NCBI GenBank assembly: GCA_049724395.1 | Contig: JAUGWO010000134.1 | Coordinates: forward strand, 1-46,837 | Direction: 5' to 3' | From: Spongospora subterranea f. sp. subterranea | Lineage: Eukaryota | Length of the DNA: 46,837 bases | In this document: positions 1 through 11,320 of the stretch, piece by piece | Layout: each line of letters opens with the position of its first letter | Numbering within the stretch: position 1 is the first letter of the stretch | Notes under the pieces: generated by a model | Database searches by the model: none | What the model was told of the DNA's origin: nothing | Seen by the model: the letters and a program-made list of their open reading frames with translations, nothing else | Translations under genes and position numbers: made by a program

Positions 1-2628
1 TAATTTTTCGATTTCAGTAACCCAGGTAGTGAGAAATTCTCTTCCTTTGGTCAACTCCTTTGTCAGGGAAGCGCCTTGCTTATTCATCCGGGCATTGACG
101 TGTTGCAGAAGCCGCGCAAAACACGACCTTGTATTGTCGTGTTGGTCTAAGAATTGAAGATAAAGAAGGTATCGCCGGAACAAGGTACCACATTACCTGA
201 AGGCGTGGAATGTTTGGAAGACAAACCGCTAGAACCTCCAACAGAACTGTTAAGTAACAGGTATTGTTAGAATGTCGGTACGACTGGTAAGTGGTGTTGG
301 GGTTTTTATCCACGTTTGTTGCCCCTTTCGGGCGACCAGGTCTTTTCTTGCCAACCCCTGAATGGGTTTCCTTGTTCCCAGGTCTCTTCTTGCCAATTAC
401 TGAAGGGGTTTCCTTGTTCTCAGGTCGTTGAGTGGTACCTTTCAGTTCGACACAATCCACTGATGCATTGGAACCATGCAAGAGGGAGTTAGTCGTATCG
501 GGCGCTCGCCCGTCATTTGGTGCATGTAGTTGTCTTCTTCGGCGCTCGGGGTGTGCTAACCCGAATTTTTCTATAGATATCTTCCATCTCTCAGGAACAC
601 CTATATTTTGATCAATCTTCGCTGAGAGTGACAACATTGCAACAGTACCATATCTAACAGTTCGAAAGGTCATTCATCTCTCGTTCATTATTTGCCGCAA
701 AAATCATCAAGGCCGAGAGACCGAACACAACAGGATTTTTGCGTTCAGCTATTTGATAATATATAGAGTGCATCGACTCAATGGGATTGCTATCCTCTCT
801 TACATTTTCGCCAACTTCTGGATCTAATTTCCGTTGCGATTCAAAAATAAGACATGCCACACTCTCTTTTAACCACCAGGAAAACCACGGTCTTGCTTTT
901 GGATATCGGTCCTGATATAACAAAAGTTGATTTTGACCTCTTATATCGTAACGATCAATGTGATTCCAACATGAAGGATTTTCATTGCTTCATGAAAGGC
1001 ATGCAGCATGGGTTCTTCAACTGCTTCCATGATTAATTGCAGAAATTTGCCATCATTGTCACGCCCCACAATGGCATGATTGCGGTCAATCCGCTGAGCT
1101 GAGCAAATAAAGTGCACTCTACAACCTTTCATTAGCGATTGTGCGTCGGCCTTCAATTCGGAAACAATCGGAACAATGCCATGTGAGTTGAAGATTCTGC
1201 TCGTTATCTGTAGACATGTAAGCAAAGTCATAACAATGAGTTTCAGCACTGTACCGAAATATAAGCATCGATGAAGCCTAATGTTTGCGCATTGGAAAAA
1301 TCCATGACTGCCCCACACAAACGTTTGAATCTTGTCACCTTGTCCTGTACAGACAACGAGGCTTCAGCGGACTGAATGCTTGCTGAGGCGCAGCTGAAAA
1401 TCGCTTCAAAATGTGCCCGATAATGCTCGCGAGTTAGTCCGTTCAACCAAGAAAAAGCCACCGGGACCCATCGCGCAAGCAAACCGCAATACACTGCGGT
1501 TGTCATAAGAAAGCCTCGATCAAAAAAACTGTACGTAACATCGGAAACAGCGCCTTGGCCATCACGACCTGTCAACGGATCTACATCGACGAATCTAACC
1601 ATTGTGTTGCAAGCTGAGAATCAGCAACAATCATGAAAGAAATATTCAACTGTACCTTTCCAACATAAAACTCGAAGCAACAGTTAAGTGCATTCGATTG
1701 ATGTTGAAATCACTTGAGATGACGGCAGTTTTGCCAAAAGTCAGTTGAAACTCCAGGATTTGATCGATGAATGAGTCTCCAGAACCTAGATTATTCAAAT
1801 TTAGGCACATTTTCAGATAAATCAAGTAACCGAGACCTGGAAGTCTAACACCAAGGTCTCGCAACACCTGACGTCGGAAATACGCTACTCTTGAGAGGTT
1901 ACCGTAAGATTCATGGATCTCACAGACCGAGCCAATGATTGGTGTGCCGGTGACAAGCGTGACAGCTTTGGCCATGGGATTATTACAGATCCTGTCAGTG
2001 AGCATCTTTTTGCAGTAAAAGTCAGGCTTCAACACATGTGGCACGGCATGAGAATGCCGGTCAGAATGGATAATAATGGCTCGATCAGAGAATTTTGCCT
2101 CCACCCACATGCATGTTGCAGGACAAACGAGTCGAACCATGTCGCTGCTGCAAACGCGGCACCTGCAACATTATAAAAGTAAACAACTGATCAAGGTTTT
2201 AGACTTGTGACTGAGTTGCGATATTACGTTCGTTCAAAGTTGTCCGGATTGTTCTGTTTCGGACGACGCGAATATGCACATCCCAAATTGGAGCAAACAA
2301 TGTTGCCTGTGCACACCTTGTTGGTAATCTTAATCGGTAAGGGGTCGGATGGCAGCGAACGGTAGCGGGTGTTGGTTACTCGCCATTGCCACTCGGAGTA
2401 CCGAGCAACCAAATTGGGCTTTTTGGAAGCTTCGTCAAACATAAAACGGCAATTTCCATCTGGTCGCAGCGGAACCTGATCACAGTCGAAGTTCTGATTC
2501 GCGACACTCCTATCAATAAGGGTGCACGGCAGCGTCGGCGCAAGGATGTCAGAAACAGTCCAACGACCGCATTCTGAAAGACAGACGGTACCGCATTCGG
2601 AATCAGATGCCGACTCTAGCGATGACAT
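1..2628 (-). mobile_element. Spliced MULE (Mutator-like) DDE transposase gene with N-terminal GCM-like zinc domain, AT-hook and USP-like Cys-box segment; runs off the window edge; one apparent frameshift near 660
   Basis: Removing the GT-AG intron 2227-2163 joins WQWRVTNTRYR..KVCTGNIVCSNLGC..RPK..TCRVC..RLVCPATC..IIIHSDRHSH (GCM/WRKY-type pattern). This is followed by MULE core motifs VSDVTYSF, WVPVAFSWL, VMDFSNAQ, GCRVHF (CxxH) and DSNPIESMH, then KKRPGRPKG and NNTCYLTVLLEVL. No TIR was identified. Confidence 0.8.
322..428 (-). repeat. About 2.5 copies of a 42-bp coding repeat ending in an AT-hook
   Basis: Translation RPENKETPSVIGKK-RPGNKETHSGVGKK-RPGRPKG. Confidence 0.7.
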
Positions 2629-3199
2629 TGTCCTTCCTCGAACACTATATTACCTCTCGTGGTGACAATACGGATGAGGATACCCCGACAAGAACTCCGG
2701 ATGATAACTCCATTGAGATACACTTGAGTGTACATTAACAATATTTTATTCCAACAAACTCGATGACCAGTCAATATATTTTCGGCTGAATCTCCCAGTC
2801 AGAATATGACCAGCTTTTTCTCGCGCCCTAGTAATTAACTGGTCACATTGACTGGTCGTCTACGCAATTTTTGAAGTGACCAGTTAATGTGACCAGTCTT
2901 TTCTCGTCCCCCATATAATATATACCGCCGCTCAAGGCATTTATCAGTTCATATATCACTTTATTGGAATGCTTTTTCGACTTAGTTTGACCCATGAGAA
3001 CGAGGTCGACGGCGTAATCCGTTCCCTTAGACAGATTCCCGGTTAGATATTCAAAGTCCATAACGTTAAGTTTGCTTACCACTTGCATTTTGTTGATCAG
3101 CTTGCTGCTGACTTGTTGAGTTTGGCGGGATTGGTCTCTTGCCCAACCGACCTCGGTGCCCTCTGGCAACTGGTTGTTCCACCTTCTCTAGCTTCAGTA

Positions 3200-5288
3200 C
3201 TGCAATGGAATTTCTCCCAGCAAGATTTGCGCTGACGGTGATGCGCCGTTTAACATATATTCACATCACACGTTGTGCAATATGATGTTGTTCTTCCATC
3301 GCACAAAAGGCAACGTCTGCTGGAACGTGACGATCGATCGTGAGGCCATTCTGCTGATACCGTCAGTCGGACCACTGAGTTTTATGCTCTGTTGTAAAAC
3401 TCTTCCTTCCGGTATTTTGGAACACTTCGGACTGGATCATTTTGAGCACGCTGTTCCTGTCTTGATAGCTGAGACAATGACAATCCACCGCCTCCTACAA
3501 TGTCATTGGAGCTGCGGTCTGACATTCTGGGATTAAGGAATCCATTCTTGAACCATTCTCACCAGAAACTGTAGGAATGATTGCTCGTGGTTGAGGTAAC
3601 CTTTCCACTTTTGGTAGCTGTCAAAGCTGTCAAGTTTGTGCTCATTCTGTAACAGTCGGTGAAGATGATGAGCGTTGATGATCGACGACATAATAAATCT
3701 AATGTAAATGTAGGCCCGAGGAGTCAGGGAGCGGAAATCCACTTTAACATTCTTTAATTGCCTTGAAAACGACATCTTGCCCTCCTTTGGTGTGGTTCCA
3801 CATTGAAACTACGTATGGCACAATTTCGTGGCAAGGAGGCAAGCTGTGGGATGCCGAGCGTCGTAAACGTATTGCCTCAGCCAATGACCTCCACAAATGA
3901 ACAGTAGAACTATCGACCGCGTGATGTAGCGCTTCGGGAGGAGCGCCGATCAGGAACTCAGGTTCCAGCATTGGCTCGACCTTGGAAGTAATCATCGTTA
4001 TGATACCGGAATATTGAATCAAATCTAAATAATTAAACTTGATCAAGGCCGCGTAAATGATTGCCTGATCACTAGCAACAACAAATAGTACTCGAGAACA
4101 CGTAGTGGTTGATGCATGGTGAAGCACCTGTCCGCGATAATCAGGCGTCCAAACCAACAGAGAAAACAGGTCCGAACAAGCGTCGATTCTGAAAAACCGC
4201 TGTGCGACCTCCTGCGAGATGTTGCAAGCGCGTTCTAGCCGCTCTTTTGCCTCTGTGATTGTGGTGATCGTAGTGGCCGTTTTCAATTCCAGAATGCAAA
4301 CAAACAGTTCCTCATCCTCTGCCGCTGTACTTGACTGCATAATGCAAATTCCATCGACAGATGTCGCCATTGTTGGAACAGCTAAACTGTGGAGTAGTCC
4401 TCTATGAACAATTTCTGCGTTCACTATCAACAGATGAGGGCAATGGATCTCGATCCAAGAAGGCAATGCCTTCACAATATTGCTCTCGTTTGCACTTCCT
4501 ACTTTAAGGGATGACTTCGTAAGTGGCTTCATGAACCACTTCTTCATCATAACAGAAAATATTCGCATAGAAGGGGTGGCACCACGGATTCGAACGATCA
4601 ACGATTGTTTTGTCCCATTGCACTGCAGCTGTAAGTTGCAAGCAAGTTCTTTCAACTGTGGAATCGTCAATTGATTGAGTTGCTCTGCAGACAGGTCAGG
4701 ACAATTTCCCGTTGCCACAGGCGCATCAGATGTTAGAATCTGCAATCGACGGAGCAGAGCCATTTGCCCCGGGTCTAGGAAGGTTGTAAACGCACGAACA
4801 GCAGCACTTGCTAATGTTGATGTCACCAAACAGCAACCTGCTCGCATAATGTGCCAGTCAAATCCTCCTTGAGCATCAGTTAGGGCCTCAACATTGCGAT
4901 CTATAGTTTGCTGAATCAGTTTATGCCCTGGAACTGACACCATGGTGACCGATGACGGTTTTTTGGGAACGTCAATCCATGAAGCCGCTCGAGGATTGCT
5001 GGCAATTAGAGTTGCCACATGTCCTCTGCCACTTCGGTAAGCGATGGCATACAAATCCCTGTCCCCATACCGCTTCTTGGCCAGATACGATGATTTACAA
5101 CCAAGTTCGGGCACCATTCTGGTCAACACTATGAGTTAGAAAAAAAACTTGAAACACACTGATTACCTTCTGGATCCTATTTTGCTTTGAACGTCACCGA
5201 AAACAAAAGGAAACGATCTCATTCTTTTATGAGTTCCTAGAAGCTGGAAACCACATTTCAACAGATATTCAATCAAACTCGGGCCATT
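3200..5288 (-). pseudogene. piggyBac-like DDD transposase (5'-truncated, frameshifted) with an internal YqaJ/lambda-exonuclease-like domain and SAP domain, and a C-terminal Cys-rich domain
   Basis: piggyBac-type segments occur in the expected order: SLIEYLLKCGFQLLGTHKR (~5280-5225), AIAYRSGRGHVATL, VVSMWNHTKGGQD (~3780), YIYIRFIMSSIINAHHLHR, and RRCLLCDGRTTSYCTTCDVNIC*..SCWEKFH (~3320-3205, frame not in the ORF track). The insert carries QGGFDWHIMR..VTST, GSANE, GLL..PTMATSVDG, LELKT, YRGQ and SAP LTIPQLKELACNLQLQCNGTKQSLIVRI. Confidence 0.72.
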
Positions 5289-6082
5289 GCTTGGTTTTGG
5301 TAAGGTAAAACCATTTTTCATCTACATGAACATAGTCAAACATGTCTTGAAATTTCGGGGGATTTGTGTCTGGATTGATCATTGACAATGCGAAAGCGAT
5401 TCTCTGCACTTTGTTCGGTTCTGTTAGCAATGGCTTAATCGCGCTGGAATGTCTTCTCAGTTGCCCTTGCTTAAATTTTCTATGTAGCGTGCTTTTCGGC
5501 ACATCAATAGCAGCAGCAAGGGTTCTTAAGGTACCTCTCCGGGATAAAGGAATAGCTTGAATTTTGACATGATCAATTTCCGTCGCTTTTTTTCCGCATC
5601 TGCCTTTCCGTTTCGACGAAACATTAGCACAGATCGACCCATCGGCAATGGATTTTTGCCCAGCATGACATATTCTGCTAAAAGTCAAGGGATGGACTCC
5701 AAATTGAGCAGCAATCTCAGTGAAAGCACCCTTTACAGGTTTCCCGTTCCTCGACTTGGATAAAATTGCCTCGTAAATAGCTTGACGCTCATCATCGGTC
5801 AAATTGCGAAGTCCTGGCATCGACCTTTCTTGAAGATGTTGAACGGGAGGATTGGAAATGTAGTTTCGTGGGTCCGGGATTCCAAAAGTTAATGTCCAAA
5901 TTCTCTATTTTTAGATGCCAATATTTCAGCCAAAAATAGATCATTTTCAGTAAGAAAAAAAAGGGATTGTTCAGTGTACAACGAGCGCAGTATTGGCGAC
6001 AACGCACTTGGGTTGATCCTTAATCCTCTCCTTAATCCCACTTTTTTCCGTGAACCTAACAGATATTGCGGGACAGAGGGAG
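5289..6082 (-). mobile_element. 5' half of a plant-type (DD39D, Stowaway-partner) Tc1/mariner element; transposase truncated just after the first catalytic Asp
   Basis: ORF 5820-5269 has HTH regions, IKPLLTEPNKVQRI and DYVHVDEKWFYLTK. The minus-strand terminus reads TA|CTCCCTCTGTCCCGCAAT (TA at 6083-6084), matching the Stowaway/DD39D TIR consensus CTCCCTCCGTCCC. Confidence 0.88.
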
Positions 6083-6297
6083 TAACAAATATTGCGGGAT
6101 TGGACATTTTGAAAAAACGAAACGGTGACTGGTTCAGATTACTGAGAACGCCAATTTGCCGTGTCGTTTATTTGATTTATTCATAAGGGAAGGCGCCCTA
6201 TTAACCACGGACCTTTCTCCCTCACAAAAATTACACAGTTAAGGTGTCCGCTACTGTACAAAGTGTAAAATTTTACATGCAGGTGTATCTGGTGGTG

Positions 6298-7356
6298 TAT
6301 CATATCCACCGCTTGGTGTATCTGTGGTGTAAAATCAAGGCACCGCGCATTCTTTTACACTTCACGAAGGTAAAATTCCGCACCGCGCCGGCGTGTATCC
6401 CATGGTGTATTCTCTCAAATGTCGTCTTCTGGGTCTTCCAGCGACGATGAGATTGAGCAATATTTGATGATTCTGATGGAGCTTGATGAGTTAAATGATC
6501 AACAGGAACGTTTGGATTTGTTTGGACCATACTCTTTCTCATGGTGGTTTCACGAGTGGGTAAACGGGGCAACATCGAGCGAAATCATCTTCAAGCACAC
6601 ACTCGTTTGAAGCAAGATTTTTTTTGTGGAGCATTCGACGTATAGTGAAAAAACAGTTTCGGAGACGGTTTCGGATGGCAGTACAGACACAAAAAAAGAG
6701 GTTGCGCCGAGGAGTACGTCTATTGAATTTGCATGTTGCTGGGTACTGGATATCAATGTCGCCGCCTGAAATTAACGCAAATGAGGTCGAAGCGGAGGCA
6801 CTGGCTGAGCGTCCCGCCCGAGGGAAGATCTCAGCATGGATTGAGGTGACCTGTGAATCTATATTTGGAACGGATCAGTCGTTTTTCACAATTCTGGTCA
6901 AAAATCACCCAAAACTTCACTAGGAATTGGAAGCAAATCTGCTGAAATACCATGAGCTAGCATTCTCAATGCTGCGGTTACCTTCTGATATCCGGATAGA
7001 CCAAGGCGTCCAACTGCATCTTTCTTTCGAATAAAATACAACATACGTCGAATGCTTCTCAAAGTAATCTTGCATCAAACGAGTGTGTGCTTGAAGATGA
7101 TTTCGCTCGATGTTGCCCCGTTTACCCACTCGTGAACCACCATGAGAAGGAGTATGGTCCAAACGTTCCTCTTGATCATCTAACTCATCAAGCTTCATCA
7201 GAATCATCAAATAATGCTCAATCTCATCGTCGCTAGAAGACTCAGAAGACGACATTTGGGAGAAAACACCAGGGGATACACGCCGGAGCGGTGCGGAATT
7301 TAACCTTCGTGAGCCTTTATTTTACACCACGGATACACCTAGCGGTGGAGATGCAC
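6298..7356. mobile_element. Rearranged PIF/Harbinger relic: two inverted copies of the element's 5' end around fragments of the transposase and the Myb/SANT-like second ORF
   Basis: Arms ~6298-6643 (+) and ~7043-7356 (-) both encode MSSSxSSSDDEIExYLMILM..NHLQAHTRLxQDxF..HSTY. Other fragments: FRRRFRM (~6660), RDAVGRLGLSGYQKVTAALRMLAHG (~7025-6950, -) and SAWIEVT..GTDQ..FWSKI (~6830-6910, +). The terminus TTA|GTGCATCTCCACCGC at 7359-7342 matches Tourist/PIF TIRs with a TTA/TAA target site. Confidence 0.8.
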
Positions 7357-7361
7357 TAAAA

Positions 7362-7988
7362 GGCAGAACCCTGATACAGGCTGTTGTTCGGGTTCGTAGT
7401 ATCTCGCGAAACTGCAAAGGTGTGGCTTCTACAGTATGCCCGAGAACAGAGCGACAATGCATGTTGAGGCTATCGTTTTTGCTCTCACGAGCGACTTTAA
7501 AGACGCACTTGAACACGGCATCGCCTTTGCACATTCCATCGATAACAGGATCCTCCATGTTGGGAGGACTAAATTCAGACAACAATCGTTCCGTCCACAT
7601 AGGGGGACTGGAAGAGACATCTCATGCCTCAATATTGCAACAGCATTGCGGCGAGAGCCACTGTTGCCTTTTGCGCTGTAGTATATGTCTTCAAACGCGA
7701 GTTGAGTAGCACCAGACACAACACCAAAGGCATTGAGAGAGATTAGTGTCTCCCAACATGGAGGATCCCGTTACCGATGGAATGTGCAAAGACGTTTACC
7801 GCGATGCCATGTTCAAGTGAGGTTTCAATAACGACAAGGTCGTCTTCAAAGTCGCTCGTGAGAGCAAAAACGATAGACTCAACATGCATTGTCGCTCTGT
7901 TCTCGGGCATACTGTAGAAGCCACATCTTTGCAGTTTCGCGAGATACTACGAACGCGAACAACAGCCTGTACATATCAGGGTTCTGCC
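7362..7988. repeat. Diverged inverted repeat (arms ~7362-7566 and ~7750-7988, ~183-nt spacer); fold-back/MITE-like
   Basis: ggcagaaccctgat..ggatcctccatgttgggag is the reverse complement of ctcccaacatggaggatcc..atcagggttctgcc. ORFs 7322-7600(-) and 7884-8138(+) share MHCRSVLGHTVEATxLQFREILRTRTTAC. The right arm has small insertions. Confidence 0.85.
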
Positions 7989-8129
7989 ATAGGTAGATTA
8001 GATCAGATCACGCAACATACACTTACGTGTACATATGTTTTTACAATCACTCACACTCACAGTACAGTAATGATGAGAGAGATCACTCCCATGATGATAA
8101 TGATCCTCACTCGACCAGTTCAAAAGAGG

Positions 8130-9873
8130 CCCTTCTAGCTATCTTTACGAACTACTGTATTGATTACCCTTCTAGCTATCTTTACGAACTACTGTATTGA
8201 TTACCCTTCTAGCTATCTTTACGAACGGGATACTGTATTGATTACCCTTCTAGCTATCTTTACGAACTACTGTATTGATTACCCTTCTAGCTATCTTTAC
8301 GAACTACTGTATTGATTACCCTTCTAGCTATCTTTACGAACTACTGTATTGATTACCCTTCTAGCTATCTTTACGAACTACTGTATTGATTACCCTTCTA
8401 GCTATCTTTACGAACTACTGTATTGATTACCCTTCTAGCTATCTTTACGAACTACTGTATTGATTACCCTTCTAGCTATCTTTACGAACTACTGTATTGA
8501 TTACCCTTCTAGCTATCTTTACGAACTACTGTATTGATTACCCTTCTAGCTATCTTTACGAACTACTGTATTGATTACCCTTCTAGCTATCTTTACGAAC
8601 TACTGTATTGATTACCCTTCTAGCTATCTTTACGAACTACTGTATTGATTACCCTTCTAGCTATCTTTACGAACTACTGTATTGATTACCCTTCTAGCTA
8701 TCTTTACGAACTACTGTATTGATTACCCTTCTAGCTATCTTTACGAACTACTGTATTGATTACCCTTCTAGCTATCTTTACGAACTACTGTATTGATTAC
8801 CCTTCTAGCTATCTTTACGAACTACTGTATTGATTACCCTTCTAGCTATCTTTACGAACTACTGTATTGATTACCCTTCTAGCTATCTTTACGAACCACT
8901 GTATTGATTACCCTTCTAGCTGATCTTGAGATACGAACTACTGTATTGATTACCCTTCTAGCTATCTTACGAACTACGAGCTACTACTGTATTGATTACC
9001 CTTCTAGCTATCTTTAGACTGTATTGATTACCCTTCTAGCTATCTTTACGAACTACTGTATTGATTACCCTTCTAGCTATCTTTACGAACTACTGTATTG
9101 ATTACCCTTCTAGCTATCTTTACGAACTACTGTATTGATTACCCTTCTAGCTATCTTTACGAACTACTGTATTGATTACCCTTCTAGCTATCTTTACGAA
9201 CTACTGTATTGATTACCCCCTTCTAGCTATCTTACGAACTACGATTACCCTTCTAGCTATCTTTACGAACTACTGTATTGATTACCCTTCTAGCTATCTT
9301 TACGAACTACTGTATTGATTACCCTTCTAGCTATCTTTACGAACTACTGTATTGATTACCCTTCTAGCTATCTTTACGAACTACTGTATTGATTACCCTT
9401 CTAGCTATCTTTACGAACTACTGTATTGATTACCCTTACCCTTCTAGCTATCTTTACGAACTACTGTATTGATTACCCTTCTAGCTATCTTTACGAACTA
9501 CTGTATTGATTACCCTTCTAGCTATCTTTACGAACTACTGTATTGATTACCCTTCTAGCTATCTTTACGAACTACTGTATTGATTACCCTTCTAGCTATC
9601 TTTACGAACTACTGTATTGATTACCCTTCTAGTATCTTTACGAACTACTGTATTGATTACCCTTCTAGCTATCTTCTAGATTACCCTTCTAGCTATCTTT
9701 ACGAACTACTGTATTGATTACCCTTCTAGCTATCTTTACGCCTTTCTAGCTATCTTTACGAACTACTGTATTGATTACCCTTCTAGCTAACTGTATTGAT
9801 TACCCTTCTAGCTATCTTTACGAACTACTGTATTGATTACCCTTCTAGCTATCTTTACGAAGCACTACTGTAT
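8130..9873. repeat. Tandem minisatellite, 37-bp unit, ~47 copies
   Basis: Unit cccttctagctatctttacgaactactgtattgatta repeated head-to-tail, almost invariant, with a few indel-bearing units. Confidence 0.97.
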
Positions 9874-10330
9874 CAAACGAAAAGGCATCTTACAGACCCT
9901 TCTAGGCCTTTCTAAAGATGGAAAATTGCCAAAGGGTGCAATCAACAGTAATTCAGCAAAAATCGGCTTTTCCTTGGGACTATCGTCAAGTTTGGCATTA
10001 AGACGTGCATTTCCTGCTGGATAACGATGTCCATGCGTTTTTGACCAGACGGCCAATTCGCTTTGATTGCCGGATTTTAATGTCCTGGATCAGGGCATTT
10101 TCAACGCTCGTCAGTCGCTACAACACGAAGAAATCTCCAAAAGACATTGATGAACTCATAGCGGTTGTTGTAAAAGCATTTGCCGATATCCCGAGCTATA
10201 AACTGGACGATGTATTTCTCTCGTTGCAGAAAGTGATGGAATGTTGCATGATGCGACATGCAAAGGTAAACTTCGAGCACAAAACAAGCTGCCTGTCAGT
10301 TCAATATGCAGTCAGAAGCATTTGAAAGTG
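9874..10330 (+). pseudogene. Internally deleted, frameshifted DD39D mariner transposase relic
   Basis: KRKGILQTLLGLSKDGKLPKGAI resembles the N-terminus of the 5820-5269 ORF. It is followed by PDFNVLDQGIFNARQSLQH and, after a frameshift, IDELIAVVVKAF..KLDDVFLSLQKVM, matching the SPDLNVLDLGFF C-terminal region of plant-type mariners. Confidence 0.75.
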
Positions 10331-11320
10331 CCAAAACAGGTATTGAACCAAGGCTGAACGGAAGGAGTAGATGTTTACAGTACGCTTGAACCTCAGGTTC
10401 ATGTTCAGAACACAAGATCATCGTGGGTTGACGAGGCTCCATCGGGATCGCAGTCGTTGCAACAGGGTTCAGTGACACCTGAATAGACCCCAACTGGTTG
10501 TCCACAATCCGATCGACCAATTGGCGCGCCGCTATCAATCAATGTTTCTGGAATTGTGAACAGCCTTGTGCGTTCCTGACGCATTACTCTGCTGGTTATC
10601 AACAGATATTCCCCAACCTTGACGAAAACGGGGTATTTGCGTCAGGGCGATACCATGAATGTGTGTGAGATTGTGAAAGCGTAAACCGAAACCTTCAGAA
10701 TCCCTCGCAACCGAGCCGAAGCCGCACGAGCTCTACAAGCGTTGTCGTCCGAGCGATAAGTGTAATTTAGCAGAAAACAGCGAAATCGAGGTTGTTGCCG
10801 ATGGAACCGTGCCATTTTTTCACAGAAATGTAAAACAATACCTAAACCCCGTTTATCACTGTTGTTTGTGCGAGTCAGCCAGGTCAAAACAGGAGAAGAA
10901 GATAATCGAATTTACATCTGGAATCCTAGCCAGAGGAAAAGACAAAAGAAGTGGACATCGTTTACCCTTTTACTTGTTGGGTTGACCTGGCAGAGAGGCC
11001 CTGAATGTGTCAACAAGATATCGACCTGGCGAAACGGGGTCGGAAACCCGTTTCAAGATGGTACAACGGTCAAGCGATACGGCCGGCAATCTCACCAACG
11101 TCCTCAGATGGGCATCGACTGGCGCGCGGCGATATCGGCCGGTTGCATATGGGGGGATGGCGCTACCACTACCGGTTGGCGATAAGTGTGGTGAAGTCCG
11201 TCCGCCATTCAGCGTCAAGGTCGACCGAGCTGCGTTGATCAACAACAACAACAACACCGCGCCCGACCGCACAACCATTGCCCAGTGTCAAAAGGGACAC
11301 AGCATTATCGCCAGGCGCCC

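Noticed and set aside
2843..3169. 108-aa ORF as a separate transposon gene
   Set aside because: Non-ATG start, no motif, and it overlaps the tail of the piggyBac-like frame and the GACCAG cluster.
8130..9873. CRISPR array (37-bp repeat length is CRISPR-like)
   Set aside because: Units are contiguous with no unique spacers, there are no cas genes, and the context is eukaryotic.
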